Shown in pieces: positions 28,601 to 36,102 of a DNA stretch of 64,000 bases. Within the stretch, counting starts at the first letter, position 1; every line of letters starts with the position of its first letter. The DNA comes from Bacteroidota bacterium (lineage in GTDB: Bacteria; Bacteroidota; Ignavibacteria; UBA10030; UBA6906). Position numbers and translations under genes: made by a program. The DNA lies in NCBI GenBank assembly GCA_035506295.1, contig DATJPR010000189.1, positions 991 to 64,990 of the forward strand, in the 5' to 3' direction. The notes beneath the pieces were generated by a model. That model was not told the origin of the DNA, did not search any database, and worked only from the letters and a program-made list of their open reading frames with translations.

Positions 28601-30453
28601 CATGCCGCGGGCTCCAGCTCGACCCTGCCCGCCGCCAGGATCTTCTCAAGACGTCCGTGCTCGTCAAGCTTCTCCCTCAACTCCTGGGTCGACGTCAGCT
28701 TCCCGGTGACATTCCGAAGGTAGGCTATTCCTGCGGGCTCATCGTTGAACAGGATCCGCTGGACGGCCGCCTCCAGGCGGAGCGGTTTCCCCTCTCGCAC
28801 AGCGATGGAGAATTCAAACGTGTCACTCTCGCCCGTTTCAAGGCTCTCCGCGCCCAACCGCGAAGGGACGGCGCGGCGATCGCGCGGCACGATGAAGTCG
28901 GCGATCGGTCTGCTGATTCCCTCCTCTGCGGTCCCGAGTCCGAAGAGGGAAGCGCAGCCCCGATTGAACCAGAGAATCTCCCCCTGCCGCACGACGAGCG
29001 ACGGGGCGACGTCCACATCGGCGATCGCGCGGAGCGACGCGGAATTCTGTTCGAGTTCCCGGATTCGTTGCTCGCGCCTTGTGTTGTCGAAGATGGAAAC
29101 AAGCACCGCGTTTCGGTCGCCGCCTGAGATCCTGTTCGCCACGATATCGATGAGACGCGAGGAGCCATCAGCGAAACCGAGCCGGATTCCCGTGAGTGTG
29201 CGCTCCGCCGGACCATTCGCGTCGCCAACATGACCGAGCGACCGTCCGACCGCAGCCAACTCGCGACCGAACAATTGCTGGAACGTCGGATCCGCATTCC
29301 CGGCGAGCGTGCCGGCAAACAGCTCACGAAAAGCATGGTTCGCCTCCTTGAGCTTTCGACCGGCAAAGACGGCCTGCGGCAGCGGAGAGGTCTGGAACCG
29401 CCTTGCGGCTTCTTCGACCTGAGCCTTAAGTTCTCGTTCCGACTTCCTGACCCCGGTCGCCTCATGCATCGTCGCCACAGCAAGATGGGACTGGAGAAGC
29501 GTTCCGGCAATATCCACAGAGATCGTTTCTCCACCCTGCCGACGCAAGGTGATGCGGTCGGATACTTTCCTGCGTGTCAGAAGCAAGGCCAGAAGCCGAA
29601 GAGCATGCCGGAGATCGGCAGCGTCGACGTACTCCCGGAATCCTGTCGCCTGGAATTCATCTACCGACATGCCGAGAATCTCAAGTGCCTTCCGGTTGGC
29701 TTCCTTGTACGTTCCTTGCGGATCGAAGAGAATCATGCCTTCGCCGGCGTCGACAAATGCACGACGATACAATTCCCGGAGGGCATCAGATTCTGGAAAC
29801 TCTTTCCCTGGGACCGGGAGGACGGGTCCGGAAACTTTGAACGTCGTCTCCGAAACCTTCACGGGTCTTGGAAGCCGCGACAAGGCGTCGCACCCGGGAG
29901 GAGCCTTCGCAAACTGAAGATACAGCCACGGTCCGACAGCGAACACCTGAATCTGGATCGTTGCGTTTTCGAGGAGATCGCCGAACTCTCCTGAGGAGAC
30001 CAGCCGTTGCGGGACGCAGGCGATCGCGGAGCAGCGAATCTTGTGAAGGCCCGAGATGGTCTCGTGGAGGAGTCGGCCCGCTAGGCGCGGCCGGGCCATC
30101 CAGTCGGGAAGAGTCCCTGTCGCGTCGAGGAGGAACGTGTTCGAAGTGGGGAGGCTTTGAATACTGCTCTTCAATGCGGCAGCAGTGCGGTGTGCGCCGG
30201 GGAAAACGATCGGGGAACCTGGAAGACTTCTCTGTTTCGAAGGATGATTGACCGCAGCAACTGCCGCAGCGAATCCCTGGACAAAGGGGGTCGGGTCAAG
30301 ATGATCGGGGATAACGCATACCGTCGTGCCCGCCGGAGGGAGAATGCGTAGGATATCCTGCGGCGTCGACAATTCGACAGTTAGAATGTCATCGTTCGGA
30401 GTTTCCAAGGAAGCCATGAACACCATGCGAGAGCCGGTCTGACCGGGCGGCAT
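25690..30453 (-). CDS. Large soluble multi-PAS/GAF sensor histidine kinase (~1587 aa)
   Basis: C-terminal HisKA H-box YVVSHDLKEPLITIEGY plus HATPase (ISNGIKFN, DNGIGI, GTGAGLTIVKKIV). Several PAS-like and GAF-like segments lie upstream, and I saw no TM helix. Start set to ATG 30453, which forms ATGA with the stop of the TPM gene. The tracked 38-aa Arg-rich extension is an out-of-frame reading of the neighbouring Gly-rich tail. Confidence 0.85.
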   Translation of the reverse strand: MPPGQTGSRMVFMASLETPNDDILTVELSTPQDILRILPPAGTTVCVIPDHLDPTPFVQGFAAAVAAVNHPSKQRSLPGSPIVFPGAHRTAAALKSSIQSLPTSNTFLLDATGTLPDWMARPRLAGRLLHETISGLHKIRCSAIACVPQRLVSSGEFGDLLENATIQIQVFAVGPWLYLQFAKAPPGCDALSRLPRPVKVSETTFKVSGPVLPVPGKEFPESDALRELYRRAFVDAGEGMILFDPQGTYKEANRKALEILGMSVDEFQATGFREYVDAADLRHALRLLALLLTRRKVSDRITLRRQGGETISVDIAGTLLQSHLAVATMHEATGVRKSERELKAQVEEAARRFQTSPLPQAVFAGRKLKEANHAFRELFAGTLAGNADPTFQQLFGRELAAVGRSLGHVGDANGPAERTLTGIRLGFADGSSRLIDIVANRISGGDRNAVLVSIFDNTRREQRIRELEQNSASLRAIADVDVAPSLVVRQGEILWFNRGCASLFGLGTAEEGISRPIADFIVPRDRRAVPSRLGAESLETGESDTFEFSIAVREGKPLRLEAAVQRILFNDEPAGIAYLRNVTGKLTSTQELREKLDEHGRLEKILAAGRVELEPAACIRALLFSSLKYLGLDAGIGYEAVTPDGSLHVAAVENIPETAFGTLESQSLQEGITGFVARTQAPLHLQLENYPAHLPYKVLFESAGFRTMVYLPLAARGSLRGMLLLCSRKSIDASELTQAFQERLSREAGEAVDFAVRYTKLGENEHRERVLLDSLSGVAYELGADGAFVLLTGNVRVLLGHEPVEFYRNPDLWRQCVHPDDRTSYAARIGKQHSEEKEGEVQYRMLPKGKAEPRTVRDHFRYSFDGEGRLSSIRGLVTDITEILEESRPAKADKHPRDVDAPVTIAGSDAIMATVIDKMGDAFSITDLQGKIAEVNTEFTRLTGYSRHEAIGMHLPYPWLLDEEYGTIMRWITALREKKSLRDFDMNWVARDGRRLAISLNTSLLMNAAGEPYAMLNIARNITERKTLSDTLARTNRQVVMLNRIVSAANASLDITAIFDVVAAEIIAIVPCDVAVLDLLSKDGKSLEIVASFTPEGSGRPVPGNTAAVEGTPAQRVIETREPVLYNDMDESGDTLPGYFSGFASYMSIPVILKERVIGTLELAGKTKTMFAPDDISVLQPIADQLGPAVQNALLYGEIQAQVHRVQALSKVGESLAGALDSEHVIAVIAEEVLHSVEYDRFVYAATGNDGALRASRVFVTGGGRLLPSEIREQDRLLIDRGEGIHEGEGDSRQCIAVSVRGKDLMHGVFTVCRSSDASFEESDLRLAQSIGTLAGIALDRIVLYEDTLEKAAEIEARNRDLDDFTYVVSHDLKEPLITIEGYSTVVQQEFAGELNAEAVDYLRSIVQATERLKRLIDDLLTLSRVGRARYETSTVDAKQVVSAVLRDLEYRIRERGATVEVPDSLPSVHYNGTQLGLVFRNLISNGIKFNNSEHPRVTISVETSREFYTFCIADNGIGIPQEYFEKIFVIFQRLHPAEVFPGTGAGLTIVKKIVERHGGKIWVDSTVGQGTRFSFSVPRRTTTTAK

Positions 30454-31184
30454 CACCAGCCGCCGCTCGCACCTCCGCCGCCGAATGATCCCCCGCCGCC
30501 GCTGAACCCTCCGAATCCTCCTCCTCCGCCAAATCCGCCGCCTCGTCCGCTCCCCCACCCGCCCCACATCATCGGGCCGAATCCCCCGAAGAAGGTTCGC
30601 CGGGGGCGAATGATATTTCGGATGAACGCAAAGACAACGAAGAACAGCACGACGAACGGGATGATGTTGCCGGTTCGTTCCTGGCGACTCTTCTTTTCTG
30701 CTTTGTACTCGCCCCTGGTCGCGAGCATGATCGCGTCAATGCCGGCACTGATCCCCCCGAAATAGTCCCCGTCCCGGAAGCGGGGCGAGATCTCGCGTCG
30801 GATGATCTGCCCGGACAGTATGTCGGGGAGGGCCCCTTCCAGTCCGTAGCCAACCTCGATCCGCATCTTCCGATCATCCTTGGCGACAAGCAGGAGCACT
30901 CCGTTGTTCCGGTCCTTTGCGCCGATCTTGTTTTCTTCCGTGACCTTAAGCGAATAATCCTCGATCGCCTCGTCCCCGATGGTTGGGACCATCAGCACTA
31001 CAACCTGATTGGACGTTGAATCGTCGAAGGCCCGAAGCCTGGCACTCAGGAGGTCCACCTGTCCGGCGTCGAGAGTGCCGGTCAGGTCGGTCACGTAACG
31101 GGTGAGCTTGGGAACCTGGGCATCGTCGGCAACAGCGACGAGGACACAACCGAGTAGTGCCGCGATCAGGAATCGGATTCTCAT
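30453..31184 (-). CDS. TPM-domain (YgcG-like) protein with C-terminal TM helix and Gly-rich tail
   Basis: Signal peptide MRIRFLIAALLGCVLVA. TPM pattern YVTDLTGTL...Q.. L...L......TSNQVVVLMVPT, then a TM helix IIPFVVLFFVVFAFI and the tail GGGGFGGFSGGGGSFGGGGASGGW. Start chosen at Met31 of the tracked ORF. Confidence 0.75.
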   Translation of the reverse strand: MRIRFLIAALLGCVLVAVADDAQVPKLTRYVTDLTGTLDAGQVDLLSARLRAFDDSTSNQVVVLMVPTIGDEAIEDYSLKVTEENKIGAKDRNNGVLLLVAKDDRKMRIEVGYGLEGALPDILSGQIIRREISPRFRDGDYFGGISAGIDAIMLATRGEYKAEKKSRQERTGNIIPFVVLFFVVFAFIRNIIRPRRTFFGGFGPMMWGGWGSGRGGGFGGGGGFGGFSGGGGSFGGGGASGGW

Positions 31185-31228
31185 CGGAGAAGGAAACTTG
31201 GATTTACACTGGAATTCAAAAAGGCCAG

Positions 31229-31310
31229 GAGAAGGAAGTAGAACGTAGGAAGTAGAAAGAAAGAATCGCATCATCTTTCTTCCTACGTCATTCTTTCTAC
31301 TTCCTACTCT
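31229..31310. repeat. Imperfect ~80-nt palindrome built from heptamer-like units (GGAAGTA/GAACGTA/GGAAGTA...), in the lemA-TPM spacer
   Basis: gtaggaagtagaaagaa (31245-31261) is the perfect reverse complement of ttctttctacttcctac (31291-31307). Alternative pairings are acgtaggaag (31243-52) with cttcctacgt (31279-88), and ggaagtagaa (31234-43) with ttctacttcc (31295-304). Confidence 0.65.
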
Positions 31311-31322
31311 TGGCGTTTCTTG

Positions 31323-31931
31323 TTAGAAGCTGACCTTCGGCGCGTTTTCCGCACCTTCCTTGGCCTGGAAATACTGCTTCTCATGAAACCCCGTGATGCC
31401 GGCGATCATAGAAGCCGGGAACCTTCTGATCGTCGTGTTGTAGTTCTGAACCGTCTGATTGAACCTCTGGCGTTCGACGGCAATGCGATTTTCCGTGCCT
31501 TCGAGTTGGGTCTGGAGCGCCATGAAATTCTCGTTCGATTTCAGGTTCGGGTAATTCTCCGAAACGGCGAGCAGACGGGATAGTGCGCCGGAAAGCTGGT
31601 CCTGGGCAGCCTGGAACCGCTGGAATGCTTGCGGATCGTCCAGCACCTCCTTGGTGACGGTGATTTGTCCCACTTTTGCGCGAGCTTCCGTGACACCCAG
31701 AAGCACATCCTTTTCCTGCGTAGCGTATCCTTTGACGGTGTTCACCAGGTTAGGGATCAGGTCCGCACGGCGTTGATATTGGCTTTCCACCTGACTCCAG
31801 GACGATCGGACGCCCTCATCCAGAGAAACAAGAGAGTTATAGACGCCCAGGCCCCAACCGACCAGAACGATTGCGACAAGAGCGATGACACCGACGACAA
31901 GAGCCGCAATAAGGCATCCACGTGATTTCAT
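31323..31931 (-). CDS. lemA: LemA family protein
   Basis: N-terminal TM helix followed by YNSLV.L.E.V...WSQVE.QYQRRADLIPNLV..VKGYA..E...L..V..AR. This is the characteristic LemA pattern. Confidence 0.85.
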   Translation of the reverse strand: MKSRGCLIAALVVGVIALVAIVLVGWGLGVYNSLVSLDEGVRSSWSQVESQYQRRADLIPNLVNTVKGYATQEKDVLLGVTEARAKVGQITVTKEVLDDPQAFQRFQAAQDQLSGALSRLLAVSENYPNLKSNENFMALQTQLEGTENRIAVERQRFNQTVQNYNTTIRRFPASMIAGITGFHEKQYFQAKEGAENAPKVSF

Positions 31932-31976
31932 TTCTACTCCAGAAGGTTGCGTGGAAGAATAAGGGGGTACCTGTGC

Positions 31977-32005
31977 AAAGTACCAAAATCACGGCCTGGA
32001 TTCAA
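31977..32005 (-). promoter_or_regulatory. Candidate promoter for lemA operon: TTGAAT-N17-(TGg)TACTTT
   Basis: Read on the minus strand: -35 at 32005-32000, -10 at 31982-31977, with a TG dinucleotide in the extended -10 position. It lies about 45 nt upstream of the lemA ATG. Confidence 0.4.
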
Positions 32006-32034
32006 CAACAAAAGGAAGCCGGGCGGCTTCCTTT
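32001..32034 (-). terminator. Rho-independent terminator after the 183-aa OMP gene
   Basis: Minus-strand RNA reads AAAGGAAGCC-GCCC-GGCUUCCUUU followed by UGUUGUUG. This is a 10-bp stem, a 4-nt loop and a U-rich tail, about 35 nt downstream of the stop at 32069. Confidence 0.7.
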
Positions 32035-32068
32035 TGCTATTGTTCTGCATTTGCGATCGACGAGGCGA

Positions 32069-32620
32069 TCAAAGCTTGTAGGAGATCCCTGCGGTGAGGA
32101 TGCCTGCGCCGTAGCCGAGCTCGGCGAACACGCCGAACTTGGGAGAGAAGTAGTACCGGCCGCCGACAAACGCGCCAAACAGCATGTAGCTGGCTGATGC
32201 GCTGGAATAGTACGGCTGAGCCTGGGATCCGTTCCACGAAGCGGAAACAACGTTGTACCCGAGAAGAATGCCGGCGTACGCATCGATGTTCTTGTTGTCC
32301 TCGAGGAAATGGTATGCGCCGCGTGCACCGATCACGATATACGTGTACTTCCAGCTATAGCCGAATCCGAAATCGTCAGTCGAGCTGGCGTATCCGACAA
32401 TTCCACCCACGGAAATCTTCGGCACGTCGAGACCATAGTCGAAGCCCAGGCTGATCGTGGGCATGCTCGTGGATCCGTACAGCCCTCCGAGACCACCAAA
32501 CCCGATTCCCGCCGACACGACCTTGTCCCCTTTGTTGTACGCGTTGGATTGGGCAAACATCGGTGTGGCGACCAGGACAAGACAGAGAAGCATCGCAAGA
32601 ATTGCAAGCAGTTGTTTCAT
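32069..32620 (-). CDS. Small outer-membrane beta-barrel protein (OmpA-beta-barrel/OmpW-like porin family)
   Basis: Signal peptide MKQLLAILAMLLCLVLVATPMFAQ. Gly/Tyr-rich amphipathic strands (GIGFGGLGGLYGS, GYSWKYTYIVIGARGAYHF, YYFSPKFGVFAELGYG). Confidence 0.6.
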   Translation of the reverse strand: MKQLLAILAMLLCLVLVATPMFAQSNAYNKGDKVVSAGIGFGGLGGLYGSTSMPTISLGFDYGLDVPKISVGGIVGYASSTDDFGFGYSWKYTYIVIGARGAYHFLEDNKNIDAYAGILLGYNVVSASWNGSQAQPYYSSASASYMLFGAFVGGRYYFSPKFGVFAELGYGAGILTAGISYKL

Positions 32621-32750
32621 TGCAATTTCCCTTCGGGAACGTGAATTGATATGGATGGATTATTGGAGACGCGATTTCGCCTGACCTAATTACCCGCGCA
32701 AATCGGCCACACACAAGGGCAGGGGTTCCCCCATTAGGTTGAGGTGCCGT

Positions 32751-32779
32751 ATGGTAATGAAAAATATAAGATTTGTCAA
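32751..32779 (-). promoter_or_regulatory. Candidate sigma70-type promoter TTGACA-N17-TACCAT for the OMP gene
   Basis: -35 at 32779-32774 and -10 at 32756-32751 on the minus strand. It is back-to-back with the plus-strand promoter at 32792. Confidence 0.45.
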
Positions 32780-32791
32780 GACGGGGAAGGC

Positions 32792-32820
32792 TTGACTGAC
32801 GTTCGGTGAATCCTTATCAT
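32792..32820 (+). promoter_or_regulatory. Candidate sigma70-type promoter TTGACT-N17-TATCAT driving the SAM riboswitch leader
   Basis: Hexamers at 32792-32797 and 32815-32820, about 25 nt upstream of the riboswitch P1 helix. Confidence 0.55.
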
Positions 32821-32844
32821 GAAAAAGCGACACCCCCCCAATCG

Positions 32845-32960
32845 CAATCATCAAGAACGGCCGAGGGAACAGGCCCGAGGACGCCGTAGCAACCAGTCTG
32901 CGCACATTTGGCCAGATGCTGGTGCTAACTCCTGCCCCACTCCGGGGACAGATGAGAAGA
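32845..32960 (+). promoter_or_regulatory. SAM-I (S-box) riboswitch aptamer
   Basis: The sequence AUCAUCAAGAACGGCCGAGGGAACAGGCCCGAGGACGCCGUAGCAACC...CUGGUGCUAACUCCUGCCCCACUCCGGGGACAGAUGAGAAG matches the S-box core: AUCAAGAG, GAGGGA, GGCCCGAuGA, GCAACC, GGUGCUAAuUCCuGC, AGAUGAG. The P1 strands are UCAUC (32848-52) and GAUGA (32951-55). Confidence 0.85.
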
Positions 32961-32980
32961 AGACGCAGACATCTTCCGAT

Positions 32981-33013
32981 GCCTCTTCTGATCATCAGAA
33001 GGGGCATTTTCGT
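32981..33013 (+). terminator. Intrinsic terminator (riboswitch expression platform)
   Basis: GCCUCUUCUGA-UCA-UCAGAAGGGGC is an 11-bp stem with one G-U pair, followed by AUUUUCGUU. An alternative antiterminator can form between GAUGA/AAGAAG (32951-62) and UCUUCU/UCAUC (32984-96). Confidence 0.7.
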
Positions 33014-33033
33014 TCATCTCAAGGGAGATCTGC

Positions 33034-34173
33034 ATGCGATTCACAACGTGTACCGTGCACTCGGGCGTCGACAAGGACGCCACCTTCAATAGTGTTACCA
33101 CTCCGCTGTATCAAACCTCGACCTTCCGTTTTCTCGAACCCGGAAAGACGTCGGGCTACGACTACACGAGGACGGCGAACCCTACGCGAACAGCCCTCGA
33201 GGAAAATATCGCCGCGCTGGAAGGCGGGCTTTCAGCAGCCGCAGTGGCGACCGGGATGGCGGCGGTCACCACTGCCCTTCATTTCCTGAAGTCCGGAGAT
33301 CATCTCCTTTGTACTCACGACTGTTACGGAGGGACGGAGCGAATCCTTCGTCTCTACCGGGAGCAGTTCGGGATCGAGGTGGAATGGATCGATATGTCTG
33401 ATCTTGCAGGCGTTCGACGTGCAATACGCCCGACGACCCGGGGGATCTGGATCGAGACGCCCAGCAATCCCCTTCTCCGGGTAATCGACATCGCCGCCCT
33501 CACTGCCCTGGCCCATGGGCATGGAGCACTGGCGTTCATCGACAACACGTTCCTCTCTCCGTATTTCCAGCGTCCGTTCGAATTCGGCGCGGACATCATC
33601 ATCCATTCAACGACGAAGTATCTCAACGGCCATAGCGACGTCGTGGGTGGCGCCGTCGTCGTCCGTACGCCTGCGCACGCGGAACGACTCCGATTTCTCA
33701 CCAACGCTCTCGGTCAAGGTGCTTCCCCCTTCGATTGCTGGCTTGTTCTGCGCGGCATCAAAACGCTCGTTCCAAGGATGAAAGCTCACGAGCACAACGC
33801 CGCAGCGGTCGCAGAGTTTCTGTCAGGTCATAGAAATGTCCGGAAGGTCTTCTATCCCGGCCTGCCGGATCACCCGGGACATGAACTCGCGAAACGTCAA
33901 CAGAAGGGGTTCGGCGGAATGGTGTCGTTCGAAGTCGATGGTGGGGAAAAAGAGGTGAACCGTGCACTTCGAAATGTGCACATATTTACACTTGCCGAAT
34001 CGCTGGGCGGTGTGGAATCCCTCGTTGAGCACCCGGTGACTATGAGCCACGGATCGATGGAGCCGGCTCGTCGCGACGCAGCCGGGATCAACGCGAGAGT
34101 GATACGGCTTTCGGTAGGGATCGAAGATGAAGCCGACTTGCTGGAAGATCTGGAGCAAGCGCTGAACTTTTAG
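33034..34173 (+). CDS. Cys/Met-metabolism PLP-dependent enzyme (cystathionine gamma-synthase / beta-lyase / gamma-lyase family)
   Basis: HSTTKYLNGHSDVVGG (PLP-lysine motif), YTRTANPTR and ESLGGVESL. The RBS AAGGGAG lies 7 nt upstream of the ATG. Confidence 0.85.
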   Translation: MRFTTCTVHSGVDKDATFNSVTTPLYQTSTFRFLEPGKTSGYDYTRTANPTRTALEENIAALEGGLSAAAVATGMAAVTTALHFLKSGDHLLCTHDCYGGTERILRLYREQFGIEVEWIDMSDLAGVRRAIRPTTRGIWIETPSNPLLRVIDIAALTALAHGHGALAFIDNTFLSPYFQRPFEFGADIIIHSTTKYLNGHSDVVGGAVVVRTPAHAERLRFLTNALGQGASPFDCWLVLRGIKTLVPRMKAHEHNAAAVAEFLSGHRNVRKVFYPGLPDHPGHELAKRQQKGFGGMVSFEVDGGEKEVNRALRNVHIFTLAESLGGVESLVEHPVTMSHGSMEPARRDAAGINARVIRLSVGIEDEADLLEDLEQALNF

Positions 34174-34264
34174 ACACCGCGCCCTGTGCTTCCCTTCTCC
34201 CAATCTCTCTGTCTCCCCCTCCATGCAAAGAGATGGGGAGAGGGGGAAAACGGAGAATTGATGA

Positions 34265-36070
34265 TCATGGATACTCCGGTGCCGCCAGTCCCTGCAGCGT
34301 GAGGTGGCTGCCTCCGGTCATATCGAACACCACGACGTCGTTCCTCCCTGAACGGAGCCAGACTCCCGGCACATAGAGTCGATGCTGGGGGCCGACATTC
34401 CAGAACCTTCCGATGTTTTTTCCATTGACCCAGACCGCCCCCTGATTCCACGACGACATGTCGAGAAAAGTATCCCCGGGCTTGTCGATCGAGAACGACC
34501 CGCGATACACCTTCGGGCCTGCAAGGGTGTCGGCCGCGTGGAATTGGAGAGAAGAGAGGTAGGAAGGTTCGAACGGCAAAAGATACACGTCCCAATTCAT
34601 GAGGGTCACCCCGTCCAGCGTGACGCGTTCCGTTATTCCTTTTCGGTCAAGCAATCGCGCTCCGAAATTCACTCGGCCGAACGCGCACACGAGAATGTCC
34701 AGACGATGCGATGGTGGTTCCGTCCGCGGCACATCGATCGACGATTGCCCCTTCGTCCGATCGAGCGTCCCCAGAATTTTCCCGTCCAGCATGACGAGGG
34801 CAATGTCGTGCGGCTCCGTGACCGTGAGTCTGCCGGCATGGGGCCCAATCAGATTGGTGCGATACAGGATGTACCCGAACGATTGACCGTAATGCTCCAT
34901 GCTCGCGGGCTGCACCGCGTGAATCGGCCGTGGAAGATTCTCCAGCAATGCAGCAGATTCACCGAGCGGAAATGACGCGACAGCGATGAGCGGACGTGGA
35001 GGAGCGGGCGACATCCCGGCGGTGTCGGGCGTGATCGCAGCCCTCATCGCAAAGTACTTTGCTCGCGGCCGGCCTGTCTCATCGACGGGCGCATCGTAGT
35101 CGTAACTTGTCACGTCGGGTTCGAAAACTTGCTGGTCGTTGGCTCCGGCCATCCAGCCGAAGTTCGTTCCCCCATGGGCCATATAGAGATTGAAGGACTT
35201 CCCCGTGGCGATCATCCACCGGAGATCTTCGAGCTGCCGTTTCGTGTCGGCGGTTCCCCACAGCGAGTCTCTCCAATGCGTAAACCATCCGCACCAATAT
35301 TCGCCACTCATCTCCGGGACGCCGGGTCGGAACGCCTCAAGCTCCTGGAATGCTTCTTTTGCATCACCGCCAAAGTTGACCACGGGAATGATTCCCCCGA
35401 CCGTCCCCGCTTCGAGAAGAGCACGAGATGGGCCGTCCGAAGTGTAGAAGGGAACAGTGAACCCCGCCTTCCGGAGATACGTGGCAATCGTGCGCGTGTA
35501 GTTCGTGTCGTTCCCAAAACTGCCGTACTCGTTCTCGACCTGCACCATCAGGATTGGTCCACCATGGTCGATTTGCAGAGGAACAAGCTCCTTCGCCAGT
35601 CGGTTGATGTATTCCCGCACTGCGTGAAGATAGCGCGGATCCATGCAACGCACTTTGATGTCCGGCTCTTTCAGGAGCCAGGGAGGAAGACCGCCGAAAT
35701 CCCATTCCGAACAGACATACGGGCCCGGGCGGATCAGGACGTGAAGCCCTTCCTTCTGGGCGAGACGGATGAACGCCGCGACATCGTTCCCACCGGTGAA
35801 GTCCCATTTCCCCTGCTCGGGTTCGTGGATGTCCCAGAAGATGTACGTGCATATAGTGTTGAGCCCCATCGCGTGTACCGTGTGAAGCCGCTCACGCCAG
35901 TACTCCCGGGGGATCCGTGCGTAATGGATCTCGCCCGAGTGAACGAGGAAGGGCTTCCCATCGAGCAGGAAGGTGTTCCCGGCAATCTGAAACGATCCAG
36001 CGACAACAGGAGGCGTCGGGCGAAGGAGCAACAAGAGGAAAGTGAAGCCGAGGAAGAACGAGTGCTTCAT
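34265..36070 (-). CDS. Beta-galactosidase, glycoside hydrolase family 35, secreted
   Basis: Signal peptide. GEIHYARIPREYWRERL...MGLNTICTYIFWDIHEPEQGKWDF, GPYVCSEWDFGGLPPWL and MVQVENEYGSFG are classic GH35 motifs. Confidence 0.85.
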   Translation of the reverse strand: MKHSFFLGFTFLLLLLRPTPPVVAGSFQIAGNTFLLDGKPFLVHSGEIHYARIPREYWRERLHTVHAMGLNTICTYIFWDIHEPEQGKWDFTGGNDVAAFIRLAQKEGLHVLIRPGPYVCSEWDFGGLPPWLLKEPDIKVRCMDPRYLHAVREYINRLAKELVPLQIDHGGPILMVQVENEYGSFGNDTNYTRTIATYLRKAGFTVPFYTSDGPSRALLEAGTVGGIIPVVNFGGDAKEAFQELEAFRPGVPEMSGEYWCGWFTHWRDSLWGTADTKRQLEDLRWMIATGKSFNLYMAHGGTNFGWMAGANDQQVFEPDVTSYDYDAPVDETGRPRAKYFAMRAAITPDTAGMSPAPPRPLIAVASFPLGESAALLENLPRPIHAVQPASMEHYGQSFGYILYRTNLIGPHAGRLTVTEPHDIALVMLDGKILGTLDRTKGQSSIDVPRTEPPSHRLDILVCAFGRVNFGARLLDRKGITERVTLDGVTLMNWDVYLLPFEPSYLSSLQFHAADTLAGPKVYRGSFSIDKPGDTFLDMSSWNQGAVWVNGKNIGRFWNVGPQHRLYVPGVWLRSGRNDVVVFDMTGGSHLTLQGLAAPEYP

Positions 36071-36102
36071 GGATGTTCCTGAAAGTTCCGAAAGGATCGA
36101 AC

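Noticed and set aside
30454-30567. Arg-rich N-terminal extension of the big kinase ORF (MGRVGERTRRRIWRRRRIRRVQRRRG...).
   Set aside because: It is the out-of-frame reading of the Gly-rich tail of the TPM gene on the same strand. ATG 30453 forms the usual ATGA junction with that gene's stop.
34189-34262. Purine/pyrimidine-rich imperfect palindrome between the convergent PLP-enzyme and GH35 genes, considered as a bidirectional terminator or a third heptamer-array element.
   Set aside because: The best pairing I could draw needs several mismatches or bulges, has no U-tract on either strand, and its repeat unit differs from the other two elements. This is too weak to claim.
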